DNA of 64,000 nt from Lama guanicoe (lineage: Eukaryota): contig MU055864.1 of assembly GCA_013239625.1 (NCBI GenBank), positions 5,997,083 through 6,061,082 on the forward strand, in the 5' to 3' direction. The notes beneath the pieces were generated by a model that worked only from the letters and a program-made list of their open reading frames with translations, made no database searches and was not told the DNA's origin. Every line of letters starts with the position of its first letter. Position 1 is the first letter of the stretch. The translations under genes and the position numbers were made by a program. Of the stretch, positions 27,190 through 40,100 are shown in pieces.

Positions 27190-28090
27190 CAATAAGAAAG
27201 AGTTGGGCACAATATCCGCACTGGAGTTTGTACTGCCTACGGAGCTGATTCAGCACAGCACCAAACTGTCCCCGTGGTCACCGTATTCTTCTCTGCCAGG
27301 AAATCACAGCAAAAATACACTTTAAAAATGCACAATGCCAGTTTTACTTAAAAATGCCCTTGAGGATGCAAGACAGTCATTGGTATTACATCTCAACACT
27401 TGAATACATATCTTTTGTTTTTTTAATTTTCTGGGTGATAAATGGGAAGTACACATAAAGCACTTTTGCTGTATGTGAAGTTCTCAAGGAAGACACTTAG
27501 AATTATTTGAGCTGTGAGCCAAACTAGTCCCAGTGTTCACGGAATAGATACTTGAAAGATCAACTTACAAGCTCATTACTTCAGACTTGGGTTCATGGCA
27601 GATGTTTTCTCTATAATGAAGTGAACAGGTCACTTCAGGAAAAACCCTAACAGTACCTGTTGCCAAGGATAGCCTTCAAGCTTCCAATGGAAAATTTAAA
27701 TTTTGTATAACTTATTTTCACAGTGAGCTTGACAACTTTCCAATACCTAAAGCTTTTTTCTGATGAGATCAGTTGTGATACTGCCATTTCTTCAAGTTGC
27801 AAAATGAAATATGTTAATATTTGGAATATCTGTATTACCCAACAAACCAGTATTTTCCAAATGACTTTATGCAGTAAAATCACATATGGGCAAAGACTCA
27901 AAGTACAAGAAAGACTAATGGATCCTAATGCGAAAAACTTTTGAAAGCTCACTGTTAGGGTTTTACATTACACATTGGAACCAACATTTAAGAAACTATC
28001 CCCTGTCAAATTTTGATACAGTATCAAAGAAGAATATTCACAATTATCTGAAAAGACAATTAAAATACTCTTCCCTTTTCCTACATATCT
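27190..28090 (+). mobile_element. hAT-Charlie1 internal fragment
   Basis: aaatgggaagtacacataaagcacttt, cagacttggg...tggcagatgttttctc, aaagaagaatattcacaattatctgaaaag motifs typical of Charlie1. Confidence 0.7.
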
Positions 28091-28915
28091 GAACAAACCT
28101 TATAATAAACACTTATTGGATTATTCTTTCCAGATGTTAAAAACTATAAACATATAACCGTAAGAGTTAATTACCACAGTTTAATCTCTGCCGTTATCAG
28201 TCATTTCACAGCAAATGAACAATTCATTATTTATTTAAAAGTTACATCCTTCTGTAGTTACAGTCTCAGATATTTGCAACAAATATTTAAGTACAGAGGC
28301 TTCATTTACCACAGAATCAAAACTGATCATTGCTCCAAAAAAAAAAAAAAAGGAAATGAATATGGTAAATCTGTTTTATACAGATGCAAATAAAGTCCCT
28401 TCCCTCTAGTTATAAAGAAGCAGATCTTTTTCATTTAACATGTGACTCTTGAAACTTATACACTAGTCACCCAGGTGATGTGGTATTGATAGATTTAAAC
28501 CCTAGGTCTTAAATTTCTAAGGAAATATCGTTTCATGGAAAAAGACTGACCTTCCGTAAATTTTGAGAGAAGTAATTTAATATGACCAGACCTCTGTAGT
28601 TCAAAACTAACACACCAAATATCATTAACTTTTCACAGAACCATTTGTAGACAAGTTAAGAAACAAGAGTGATTTAAAGTGACGTGTTTTTCTTATACAA
28701 AACTATCCAGTTAATGAATATCATAAATCATTCACTTCAAAGGAAGGGAACTTAAAAGTTTTTTTCAGAATGAGAATTAATAATGTCCTCACTAATAAAG
28801 TCCTATTACCCTGCCTTCTGAAAGGGAAAAGTTACCCACTGTAGCTTTTTAAGTCGGAGTATTCAAGAAACAACCAGAAACTCTTCCCCTTCCTAACCAC
28901 CCACTGCATGCTCAC

Positions 28916-29082
28916 CTCTGCAGTTCATTGAGCCCCCTGGCAGTTGGCAGACTGGGATTCTGCCTTAGGAAGTTTTGTTTTAAATTGAGATGAGTGAGGT
29001 CTTGGCTGTAGAAAAGGTTGGCAGGCAGATGCTCCAGGCTACAACATGAGAGGTCCACTGAGCTAATACGCTGTGATGCAAC
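28916..29082 (-). CDS. PHLPP1: PHLPP1 exon 4 (167 nt), start of LRR region
   Basis: Not in ORF track; read manually. Acceptor ctccccctctag|GTT GCA, donor CAG AG|gtgagc; [55 protein letters not shown](R); phase 0 to 2. Confidence 0.97.
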
Positions 29083-30019
29083 CTAGAGGGGGAGAGAAAC
29101 ACAACTCAATTTTAATGTCATCCTTTATCCTATAGCTGCTTTCCACGGATAGATATAAGATAACCCCACTGGGAACACAGACACACTATGCAATTAGCAT
29201 CACTGCTTAAATATAAACCAAGACCATTTACTTAGGATTGAACTGAGTCAAGCATTACAAAGGCAGGAAACAGTGTCCCTTCCTGGAAGGTACTTACAGA
29301 AACCTAGTATAGGAGACACAGATTATTCTATCAAGTTTAGTGATATCAGTAATCTCCTCCAACTGTAGGGGTATGTTCCTGAAAACATCCATGGTAAGAG
29401 AAATCAGAGCTAAATACAAGACTTTAGAGTAAATACAGGGTTGGGTGATAGACACTAAGATCCAGACTGAACCCATGAAAAGCCATTGTATATACTGATT
29501 TAAAACAGCACAAATAATACTTGTAGCATATAATCAGAATCCCCTAACTGCCTGCTGTAAGCTTCTTGGGTTTCACAAAGTTTCAGTTTTGCTTCATGAA
29601 GATATTCTAAGAGAAATTAATTTTATGTCTAAATGTTTATCCACATTCTCAAAGCTTTCCTAGCTTAAATTAATAACTCCTACAATGGCCAGAGTCCCAG
29701 GGCTACACACCCACAAGCATGCTGGAGGCAGAAAAAGCACTGGGCAGTGTGTCTCTCTACCACATTCTGGGGAATGTGGTGTCAGTTTACACCACGGCAC
29801 GTGGCTCCAGCCCCACTGACACAGACCGTGGCTCCTTCTCCCCTCACAGGGGCTCTGGGGTTACTGCTCTAAGAGCTGGGCTGATCCCTCCTCATGTTCT
29901 TCTTTATCTTTACCCAAGTTTTATGGCACAAACACCATGCCACATCTGTGATCAATCTGATATCCTTTTCTATTACCAAACCCCAGCTTTCTTTTGCGAT
30001 TACGAAAGGCAGCAGAACA

Positions 30020-30230
30020 CGGTCCTGAGGAGTGTGGCTCTGGTGTCAAAGTGCGAACTCGCACCCCAGCTCCACCACTCAGGAGCTGAGAGCACTGGAG
30101 TGGATCCCTGGGCTCTGCAGCTCCCACGTCCTCACCTATGCAACAGGCACACCTGACCCTGCCTGCACATGCCTGGCTCAGAAAAAACCCTCAGTAAGTG
30201 ACGACTGCCACCACCACCATGACTGCTACC
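30020..30230 (+). mobile_element. MIR SINE
   Basis: Degenerate core ctctgcagctcccacgtcctcacctatgcaacagg and 3' tgcctggctcaga...ctcagtaagtg. Confidence 0.55.
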
Positions 30231-31092
30231 ACTACTTACAAATAGAATGATTCACATCTGGCACCCAAGGGAAGCCACATTCTCCTGATGTATTCAGGAG
30301 TAGATCTGCATAAAACACATTCTGCTGATGGCATATCTGAGGACAGAGAGAAAGCGCTGTGCACACACGAAAGATAAGAGGACAGTGGGGTGAAAGAGGC
30401 CTGGAGGGGCTCAACTAAAAGATTTTACAAAGGAACTGTGACTTTGCATTTTAGCAACTTCATCTTCCCTTGACTTGTCACTATTAAATAAGAAAATCCC
30501 AAACAGGGCCAAATTACGCACACAAACCAAAGGATGTGAAAAAAGTCAGAATTTAATGGACCTGAAAGTCACGTGCCAACAGGCCACAGCCCCACGGGAT
30601 TCCATGGCAGGAACTCATTCAGGGGAAGTGAGGCTGAAAGTTGTACTTGGTGGAATCATTCATTCAAAAATACGTGGTGAGCATGTTAATGGTGCGTCAG
30701 ACTTTCCATTTCCTAAGATAAGGCCGTAAAACAAGACAGATATACTCTCTGTCCTGAATGAGTACATCTCAAGAGAAGGAGAGGGCAACTGAGATACTGT
30801 TGGGCCAGCTGGAGTCCTTCAAAGTCCAATGACCCCACTTCTGGGCTCTCAGATGTCTGCCTGTGATCCCTCAACAGATAAAGTACATTCTCTACTGGGC
30901 GTGTTTCCCCTAACAGACCAACAGCCCAGGTCACGCCTGCCTTCTCAGAGTCAAACCCCACAGCCCTTCATGGACCCTAAACCTCTTACGTCACCTGCAA
31001 CCAATCAGAGACGTGTGCACAAGCCGATCAGACACTTGGTAACCCAACTTTATAAAACACCCCAACAACCGGCCCAAGCTAAAAAATGCTTG

Positions 31093-31222
31093 NNNNNNNN
31101 NNNNNNNNNNNNNNNNNNNNNNNNNNNNNNNNNNNNNNNNNNNNNNNNNNNNNNNNNNNNNNNNNNNNNNNNNNNNNNNNNNNNNNNNNNNNNNNNNNNN
31201 NNNNNNNNNNNNNNNNNNNNNN
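31093..31222. other. Assembly gap (130 N)
   Basis: Run of N. Confidence 1.
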
Positions 31223-31275
31223 TTAAGCCACCAAGGTTTTGTTAATTTGTTACAACAGCCACAGAAAAGTAGTAT
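31223..31275 (+). mobile_element. MaLR (MLT1) LTR 3' terminus
   Basis: ttaagccacc...ttttg.taatttgttacaacagccacagaaaa.ta.ta is the characteristic MLT1 end. Confidence 0.7.
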
Positions 31276-31304
31276 GTCCTTCTTATTTTTTCCATAGCAC
31301 TTTT

Positions 31305-31830
31305 CATTTTCATTCATTCAACATGTTTATGGAATACCTACTATGTGCCTATTACTGATCTAGTTAAGTACTTAGTGTGCTTCAGTGAACAATAAGACCC
31401 CTGCTCTCATTAAACTTTCCTCACAAGTAAGTAAGTTTTATGTTAAAAACTGGCAACTACCATGGGGAAAAAAAGAGCAAGGAAAAGTTGATGAGGACTG
31501 TTGGGAAGGCTGTAGGTGGTAATGTAAACAGGTTGGTCAGGATGGGCCTCACTGAAAAGGTGGCATTTATACATACAGAACATGAGGAAGCTGGCTGAAA
31601 GGATTTATCTACAGCAACAGTCCTGGCAGAGGAAGCAGCCAGCGTAAAGGCCCTGCAAGGGGAAGATGCTTCGTACGTTCCGCAGGGAGACCAGTAAGAC
31701 AAGGGGAGTGACCTGCGCAGAGATCAGCAAGGTAAGGGGCGGGGCGGGCAGCACGTCCTGCCCATCCGTGGAGATCACTGTAAAGACTCTGGCTATTCAC
31801 ATGAGCAAAGTGGGCAGCGCGGAAAGGTTC
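31305..31830 (-). mobile_element. L2 3' end
   Basis: ttcattcattcaacatgtttatggaatacctactatgtgcc start; ggcctcactgaaaaggtggcattt. Confidence 0.75.
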
Positions 31831-32619
31831 CAAGAAAGGTCTCCGTCTATGACTGTAAGCTCAAAAAGGAAGGGATTTGTGCCCATTTTCCTCCCAGTGT
31901 AGCCTGCGCTCAGCACTTGGTACAGCTCTCAAGAAGCATTTGCCAGAAGAACGACCACCGGACCACTTTACACCCCTTCCCTCTCGCCAGTCTGCATCTG
32001 ACCCATCTGGTGTGTTCCTCCACGTGCAGGCGACTCTGTAGAGAACAAATTCCATTTCAACTGAAGCATCACACTAAATACTCTCGTTGGACAACTAAAA
32101 GATAATGATTAAATGTCAAGTCGTATTTGATTCCTTTCCTCGTTCTGGACCACAAGCTGTTCCTGCTGGAAACAAGGGGGAGGAAACCACAGCAAAGAAG
32201 CTACAACAAGCAAGCGCAGTCTGTGGGGGTTGTGGCAGAACTGGGAACACGGACCGCGAGAACGGAAGTTAACCCTGTCACGATGGCAGTGGGGCAGTGA
32301 GCGGCCAAGGTGACCACGAGAGCTACCGTGAGCTCACCTCTGCCCGGTCCGGGCCCTGCAACAAAGGGGAGATTTCAGTGCTTCCAGCCAGATCAGCCTG
32401 GGCACGTAAGGACCTACCACAAAGAGGTTTTGCTTGACTCCCAAACGAAAAACTACCGACGGGGCTACCCAAAGAGGCTGTGACTCACCTGCAGGTGCCC
32501 ATTACAATTACAATCTTTCTCAAAATAAGAAATAAAAATAAATCAGAAAGCCACCTGTACATACCTCAAAGCAAGAAGCCTTTTATTACTCTAGCTTTTT
32601 TTCCCCTAGTTGTAACAAC

Positions 32620-32830
32620 AATAATGGCAGCTAACACTTAGGGGGCGCTTTGCTTGTGACAGGCACTCTTCTTTAGACAGGACACTCAATCCTCCCAACT
32701 CAGTGCAGTTAAGGACTTATCTCCATTTCAAAGATGAAGGTTAAACTGAGTCACAGAGTGTGCCCAGGGTCACACAGGGAAGGCAGCAGCAGAGCCCAAG
32801 TTTGAAAGGGGGGCTCCTCTAACCTCCAGG
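32620..32830 (-). mobile_element. MIR SINE
   Basis: aataatggcagctaacactta...tctccatttcaaagatgaag...aaactgag...tgcccagggtcacacag. Confidence 0.7.
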
Positions 32831-33572
32831 GTCAAATAGTAACATAACCCCTTAGCCCAGAGCAAAGGTGATGCGATGTTATCCTGAGGATAAGCTTAAG
32901 TCTCAGGAATGAAGACAGGGCAGTGACGGGTGGGAGTCATCCTGGAGAGACACAGAGGAGACCATCTGCTGACCACATGCAGACCTCAGAGAAGGGGTGA
33001 GATCCCTCGGGGCACCGTGCCCCCCCATCACGGGCTCTGCCCACTCCGACCTCACACAGCTTGTCCACCTGCATAGCAGTGATGCTGCCTGGTGAGCACC
33101 GAACCCAATTTTAAAAGGTTACAGGAAACGTTTAAAAGGTTACAGAAATTGGAAAGAAAACAAAAGAGACACATGCACAAGCGGAAACTGCCTCAAATCT
33201 TTGTTAGAAACAGGGACTGCTTAAAGTCCTCACAATTAGGATGTAAAATTCTTTTCGCAAAACCTACTGTGCTTCTACTGCTATAAAAAAAGCTTTTCTC
33301 ACTGAAAGAGACCAGGAGGCTCTACACACCAAGAATGCCGAGAACCAGCATCCACAGCTACAAGCAAGACAAACCTATAAGACAAGAAAAGGACCAGAGT
33401 GCGGGCCACTGCTCCTCCTGTCTTGAGCAGTCGCACAAAGTTCAGGCAAAGACAGAATGTGATGCTGGTTATGCAATTTACAGACCGTCAATGAACTGTG
33501 TGTGAATGGATTCAAGGTTCAGAAGATCAGTTCCAGTAATGGTGGCTTGGGAAATCCATGCTAATCTGTATT

Positions 33573-33599
33573 AACAACAACAACAACAACAACAACAAC
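33573..33599. repeat. (AAC)9 microsatellite
   Basis: Read directly. Confidence 0.98.
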
Positions 33600-36167
33600 T
33601 CTAAGGCTAATAATTTACAGTTAGTAAATCAAATGGGATTTTCCCCTCACGGATCGACATACTCCGGGAGATACAGTAAAGCGAGCATGAATCGCAGCGA
33701 CTGGCTTGGTTTGTCTTCTTTTCCAAATGACTTGTAAACACGTACGAACAAAAAGCTCATCTGGCCCTCAAAATATTTTCCCCAAAGAACAGTGCAGATT
33801 AACCATAAAAATGATAATATGAACAACAAACTCTCCAGATTACCTAGTGGGCTCTCATGCTTTTCTAACATTCTACTCAGCTTGACACTTTAAGTAGTTT
33901 CTGTACCAACCTTTAAGACACAGGTCAAATATGCCTCTGCGCTGGGTCTAGCTGGGTTCCATTTCCAAACTAATGTATCTATCCTATGCCTGACCCATCC
34001 TCTCCATGCTTTAGGAATTATCACCTTCCCTTGCGAGAGGACTGTACTACATTACCCACATTATTCCTGGTGTTCCCTTAGTGGACAATCGTCTTTTATA
34101 AGCAAGGGAAAGTTCAGAGTAACATTCATGTGATTTTTTTTGTCCCCACTATACTTTAGTGAAGTGGTATTTATCCTTATTATGTGCAAAGCAGACTCAA
34201 AATTAAACAAAGTGACTCTGAAAGGCTTGGTCAAAGCAGCTGAAATAGCACAAATAATTTCGCTTGTGTAAAGAAAAAAAGTGCTGTAAACCGGCATTGT
34301 GAGTCATTAATTGCTTTGGCCCAGCCTTTAGTGGCTTGGGAAATTATGTCCTGGCTACAGGGATAGTCTTTGAGGAGTTTACAAAACTTCTGTAAAAAAA
34401 AATTCTTAACCTCAACTGACTTAGTTTTAATTGTCACCCTCAAAAATACTTTGGGAAGGCATGAAGTAGAAGAACATAAATTTAGAATAGAGTTTATTCA
34501 TCTTTATCAGCTAAGCATTCTAACAACCTTACTTATTTTCACCTTCATCCTCGTCAGTAAAGTTTTATAATACTTATAATCAAACATTTTCCAATTCAAA
34601 TAAAATTTAAATTCTCACTGCTCCACAACATGCAATCATTTATATTGAAAAAATTCAACAAATTTAAGAAATGCCTTAACTTGACTCCAGACCTTTTCAC
34701 AGTATCTCATTTCTTGATCCTGTACTAATTATCATTTTATAAAATCTGTTTAATAGCAGAAGCAGAAAACTTTCCTATATAATTAACTATAATATATACA
34801 TTAATTATGTCTTAATTGGGGCATATCAAACTGCCAATTTTGGACTTACTAAATTCTACTTGGAATGCTGGTATCTTATTATTTCCTTGCCTTAAATGAG
34901 GAAATAATATTAAAAAAAAACACACACATGGAATAAAATATTCAAATGTATACACCAGACTAAATCACTAAAGGTAATCAAATCAACAAAGACAAACAAC
35001 AAGAAGACCTGGAGAGGCTATCATTAATAGGTAAAAATAAGATGGCACTTTCTGAAGGCAAAAGTATTTGGGGAAGGGAGGGGACTATGATTTTAAAATT
35101 AGGCCTATTAAGACTATCAGGAGCCACTTAAAATACAGTTAAGGGATCCAAGAATAAGAGAGTACAGGGAGAGTTGCAGCCTGGAAAAGAAAAGAGGAAC
35201 AGGGGGAGGGAGAGAGAAAGAAAGAGACAGAAGAAAAGAAGAGGGTTAGACAGATCGACAGATAAACAGAAAAAATAAATAAAACACCTGGCTCACTGTA
35301 GCGGCACCAGGCTACAACCATAAAGAAGAAACAATATTAAAAAAGTTAGAATAAGAGTTCCTCCGAAGCACCCAGACCTCTCTTTGCCAGGTGACTGCAA
35401 GGGATGAGTGAATCCTTCAACATATGTTTAACATTTGCCTTTATAAAAGCAGCACTGTACTCAGTACTGGAGAGAGGCACACTTTGTCTTCAAAAAACTA
35501 GTCCCTTGAGGCCACAGACACCCAAACAACTGTGATTCAAGAATGTACGTGCAGTGAGAGCCCACAGGGCAGAGTCGCCCAAGCCACTCCAGCACCCACG
35601 GCCCCTCCCAGGACAGGACGGGCAGGTACTCCCAGGCACTCGAGCAGAGACGTGCACACCACTGCCCAGCGCAGGCAGGGCTGCGGGATTTGCCCAGCAA
35701 GCTCACCGCACAGCCTAAACGAGACATGAAGACCCGGCGCCTCGCTCTCCCTGAGTCACAAGCAACTGGGAGAGACTTGGAGAAGATGGTACCAATGGCC
35801 TTCCTGAATCACCAACCTCACTAACTGTGTCACTCGGACAGTTATCTCCCTTCCACACACATAAACCCCATTGTGTTTCTCAGTGACAACAGAAAAATAG
35901 AACTCAGCTTGGGTGGAGATCAAATCTGAACTCAGAGTTCCTCCCTCATTTCCTTATTGGCAAAATATGTGTAAACAACCTCGTTAGAACCTGAGAGAGT
36001 CTCTGAGACCCGTCCCAGTAGTACTCCCCCAAAGGGGCATCTCCCGGACAAGGAGAAGGGGAAAACCGCTACCCACAAGAAACCTACATTGTAACTTTCT
36101 ACTGAAATAAATTATATAAACACACACTTAAATGATTCTCTATTAGAAACAAGCTCCTCAGAGAGGA

Positions 36168-36214
36168 GAAAGAAAGAAAGAAAGAAAAAAGCAAGCAAGC
36201 AAGCAAGCAAGCAA
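36168..36214. repeat. Compound (GAAA)5 AAA (GCAA)6 microsatellite
   Basis: Read directly. Confidence 0.95.
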
Positions 36215-36959
36215 ACTCCCTGTCTTCTATTTAAAATACAAACACTAGGAATATTTCAACGTTTAAGTTCCAGTCTAACATACGAGGCCTGATATGTGTA
36301 ACATAGAGAGCTCACTGGTATTTTTTCAATTATTCCACTATTTTTTGCTTTGTAAAATTATATACGGGTATAATCAGGTAGAAGAATTTAACTTTTCAGA
36401 GTAGTTGTCGATAATTCAATACTCTTAAAAATACCAGGGTCTTCCAAGGTAAGTAAATATATCATGGAAACTAAACTCTCAAAGATACTACATATTTATA
36501 TGCTGGTCTACACACTCAGATGAAAATGATTTAACTTCAAAATACAATAGGGCCAGATGTAGGGATCTGGTTCGTCATACATGCTAAGTACCTGACATAG
36601 CAATACTTGGCCAGTTTTTGAAGAATCAGACAACAGCAGTTCCTCCAACACTGAAACCACTTTAATCTGCCGTGGGTGACTCAGAAGGCATCTCAGACTT
36701 TCTAAATATCCCTCGGTCATCACTTAAGATCAATGATCAGTGTAGCGGCTATGGGCAAGTGTCCTTCACAGCACATCCCATTCAATAGACCGCTTAGTAA
36801 ATCACTATTTACTGTCCTACTGAGCTGCCTGGATTCTGCTGACAACTGTGCACATGAAGTACCCCCCATTGATATTTTCAGTAAATCTCAGTTGTTATAT
36901 GAATCTTGGTTTTTTTGCCCCTTCAGGCCACTCTAAAACATTGGAAATACAATGAAAGA

Positions 36960-37180
36960 AAAACAGCAAGGGAGCAGAACTTCCTGCAGTGCCGTATACT
37001 TAATACCTCAGTTTCCTCATCTGCAAAATGGAGATGATAACATCTACTTAAGAGTTATTACCTTCTGTTGTGGGGACTGGCCTTGCAGAATGTTACGAGC
37101 ACCTACCTCACAGGGACACTACAAAGCATCTAGAACAGGGCTTGGCACGTAGAAAAGTTACCGAAATGTTATTACTGTTG
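36960..37180 (+). mobile_element. MIR SINE
   Basis: cctcagtttcctcatctgcaaaatggagatgataa core. Confidence 0.8.
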
Positions 37181-40100
37181 TCACTACTGCATCAGTTCAG
37201 TACGCCAAATGACTTCACTATTAACAAAATATATCTATCAACAATTTGAGGGGCTAAACAAAACAAAGAGTCTTTTTATTTCAGTGTTGACCTCATCAGT
37301 GAATAACTAATTCACTTGGGACATAATGTCTAAAGCAAGGAAAACAATGGTCACATACTCTGTGCTCATCATCTGGTATCTTCAAGTACATCATGAAACT
37401 GCAGAGCACCCCACAGAAAAGCTACAGAAGGGATCTGGGAATCAAGTGATGAGGAAATTGCTGGAATTATAAGAGAGCCTTCTCCCCAGAACAGACTGCT
37501 ACGGGGGTGGGGGAGGGCATGGAAATCACAGAAAATTCAAGAGTTAGAAGTTACCAAATAGGAGAAGGAGCAGCAGCATCTTGTGTTACACCAGAGAGCA
37601 AAACTAGGGCCAGCGAGCAAAGCTATGGGGGTAAAGACTTCAGCTCACTTCTAAGGAACAATTGTCAAGTCAGACACTGCAGGTACCTGAAAACCTACAG
37701 ACCTCTAAGTAAGTCTGGGGGTCCACAAGGTTCTTTTCAAATCTCAAATTCCACGTCCCTCAACAGCCACTTGATGATGACTAGAATTTAAGGTTAAAGA
37801 ATATTTTTAAAGAAAATGCCAAATAACTGCTAAGGCAATTATTCCAGAAAACGACAAGTAATACTACCTTTTTGGTGACTACTTTACAAGGGTCCTTCCC
37901 AATCATAGAATAACGTGTTAACTTTAAAACAAAGCTGCAAGTTCCTTGCTTAAAACCTAAAATGTATTTTATTAACGATAACAATAAATCCATTACTATA
38001 CTGGAAAGTTAGTTACAGTATTTGGTAACTTATAGCTGAATTTCTCTAAGAAAATAAAATGGACCTAGCTGGAAACAATTGAGATGCACAGCATTTCTTT
38101 ACTTCATCTAACTTCTATTTTTCCTTTTCACACTGCACACACACCTGTGATAAAACTACATTTTTACACTTTATACAGCTGTACTTTGTAGATATCTTAC
38201 CTCTGTTTGAAATGTCCTTTGGCCTCTTGTCTTTGTGAACTCCTATTCATCCTGCAAGACTCAGTTTGCCCACTACCTCCTTGAAGCTTCCTGTACCTAA
38301 ATGTTTCATAAACTCAATTTCCAAAATTTTCTCATATCTTAACTACGGAATTGGCACAAGAGCAATTTTCTCGGAGTAGGGGTGACATTTTATAAACTAA
38401 AATCCATGTCACTCAGACCCTCAATTCTACTTCAGATTCTACCATAGACTTGCTAGCCTGTCATGGTCAAATAGCCCTTGATTCTTTATCTAAAGAATGG
38501 GTATAAAATGTGAAGGGAAGGTTTCCCCAAAAAGCCCTAATTTTAAGCCCTGGACTCCTTAGCAGAATGGTACTGTGGGCAAAGCTTCTTACCCTTATAA
38601 CCCCAATGTAACCAACTACAGCACAGTCCCAAAAAGACAAGTGACCAACCATGCTGACAAGAAGCAACACACGCCTTAAATTACACTTCCAATTAAGAAG
38701 CAAAATATGAGTAAATAATGACTAAGTGATCTTAAAGGGTTCTTGCAACGGCATTAAATGACACCAATCTATATGCTGGAAACAATCCTATTACATGTGA
38801 ATGATTTGACTGTGGTTAGTGAAGTACTCTTTGAGTAAAATCTGGACTATAAAACACCCTTTTAAGCACGGGAAAGGAAAAAGTTCAACTGTGATTCACC
38901 ATATATCTTATACTTATTTAAAGGGTGATGTTTACTCATTATTTCACGTGATCTTTAATTCAGCGTGAGATGTGGCCCTGACTTGCCTACACCACTATGC
39001 ATATTAACGGTGAACCCAAAGTCATTGCAACCAAAACTTCAACGCAGTGACTTTTTTCACTTAGAAAAAAAAAAAGATGGCTTGGAATTAAAGTACTCTG
39101 GTTAATACTGAAAGAAAGCTAGCTGGACAGATAAACATTGTGATAGCCACAGTCACTGGACACTGCCAGTGTGTTAAGCACCGATCAATAAGGAGAGAGA
39201 CGTGGACAGGCTACGCGGCTGTATGAGGCGTGGATTTACGCTGCTGGGCCATAAAACACACACACGGAACACAGCTGGCCACAGCTATAACTGTGGAAGC
39301 TGGGTCATAGGCTTGTGGTTATTACTACATTATTATCTCTACTTCTGAATATTAGACATTTTCTAAGATGAAAAATTAAAAACACATTCATGCACAACAC
39401 CAAATCAGTGATCTGAATCCCCTTTTAACTCTCCTTGAAATAAAGAAACAGACTTTAAAGTGGGACAATATAGTGTTGTAGAAGTGACTAAGACTTTAAA
39501 AATAAGTACGACTTAGGCTATTAGATTCACATAAAAGACTAACTTTGAAAAGCATTCGCAGGACCAATCAACATGTCTGAAACTAATGCACTCCAAAAAC
39601 TGGGCCACAGGGACGGCCAGCCAAGTCAGCATTTCCATCATGTTGCTCATCTATATCCCCGAGGCCCTTTTGCGGGTCCAGTTCTTCCTCAGCCACCACA
39701 CTCGGCCTGACATCGCTGCCCCTCCAACCACTCTGAAAACATGCTGGATCCATGCACCCATGTTGAACAAACAGAGCCCTCTTCTGCACTGCATACAATA
39801 GGATGTTTACTGAATTTTTAAAGCATGCCGCACATTAATATTTTAGGGATGACTTTACAATCAATATTGTAATCCTCCCAAAGGAGCTATTTCCTCCACA
39901 GTATCTACCACTAACACCCGCCCAAAATTAAAAACTCTAAAGGGACTGCCTTGGGTATTATCTTGGCAAGCAATACTAAGTGCTAAGATTAAGTTTAAAA
40001 AATAATACGTTTGTAAGAGACTATCTAGGTAGAACACAGCTAATTAATAACCTGTTATAAATTTTCACAAAATCAAAGAAAACAGATTAGAACAAAGATT

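Noticed and set aside
29298-29362. Possible 65-nt cryptic exon (cccctacag| ... TCT|gtaagt) upstream of exon 4
   Set aside because: Poor exonic donor bases and an interrupted pyrimidine tract; indistinguishable from background pseudo-exons.
29719-30156. 145-aa plus-strand ORF
   Set aside because: Antisense to PHLPP1, runs into a MIR, no protein-family features.
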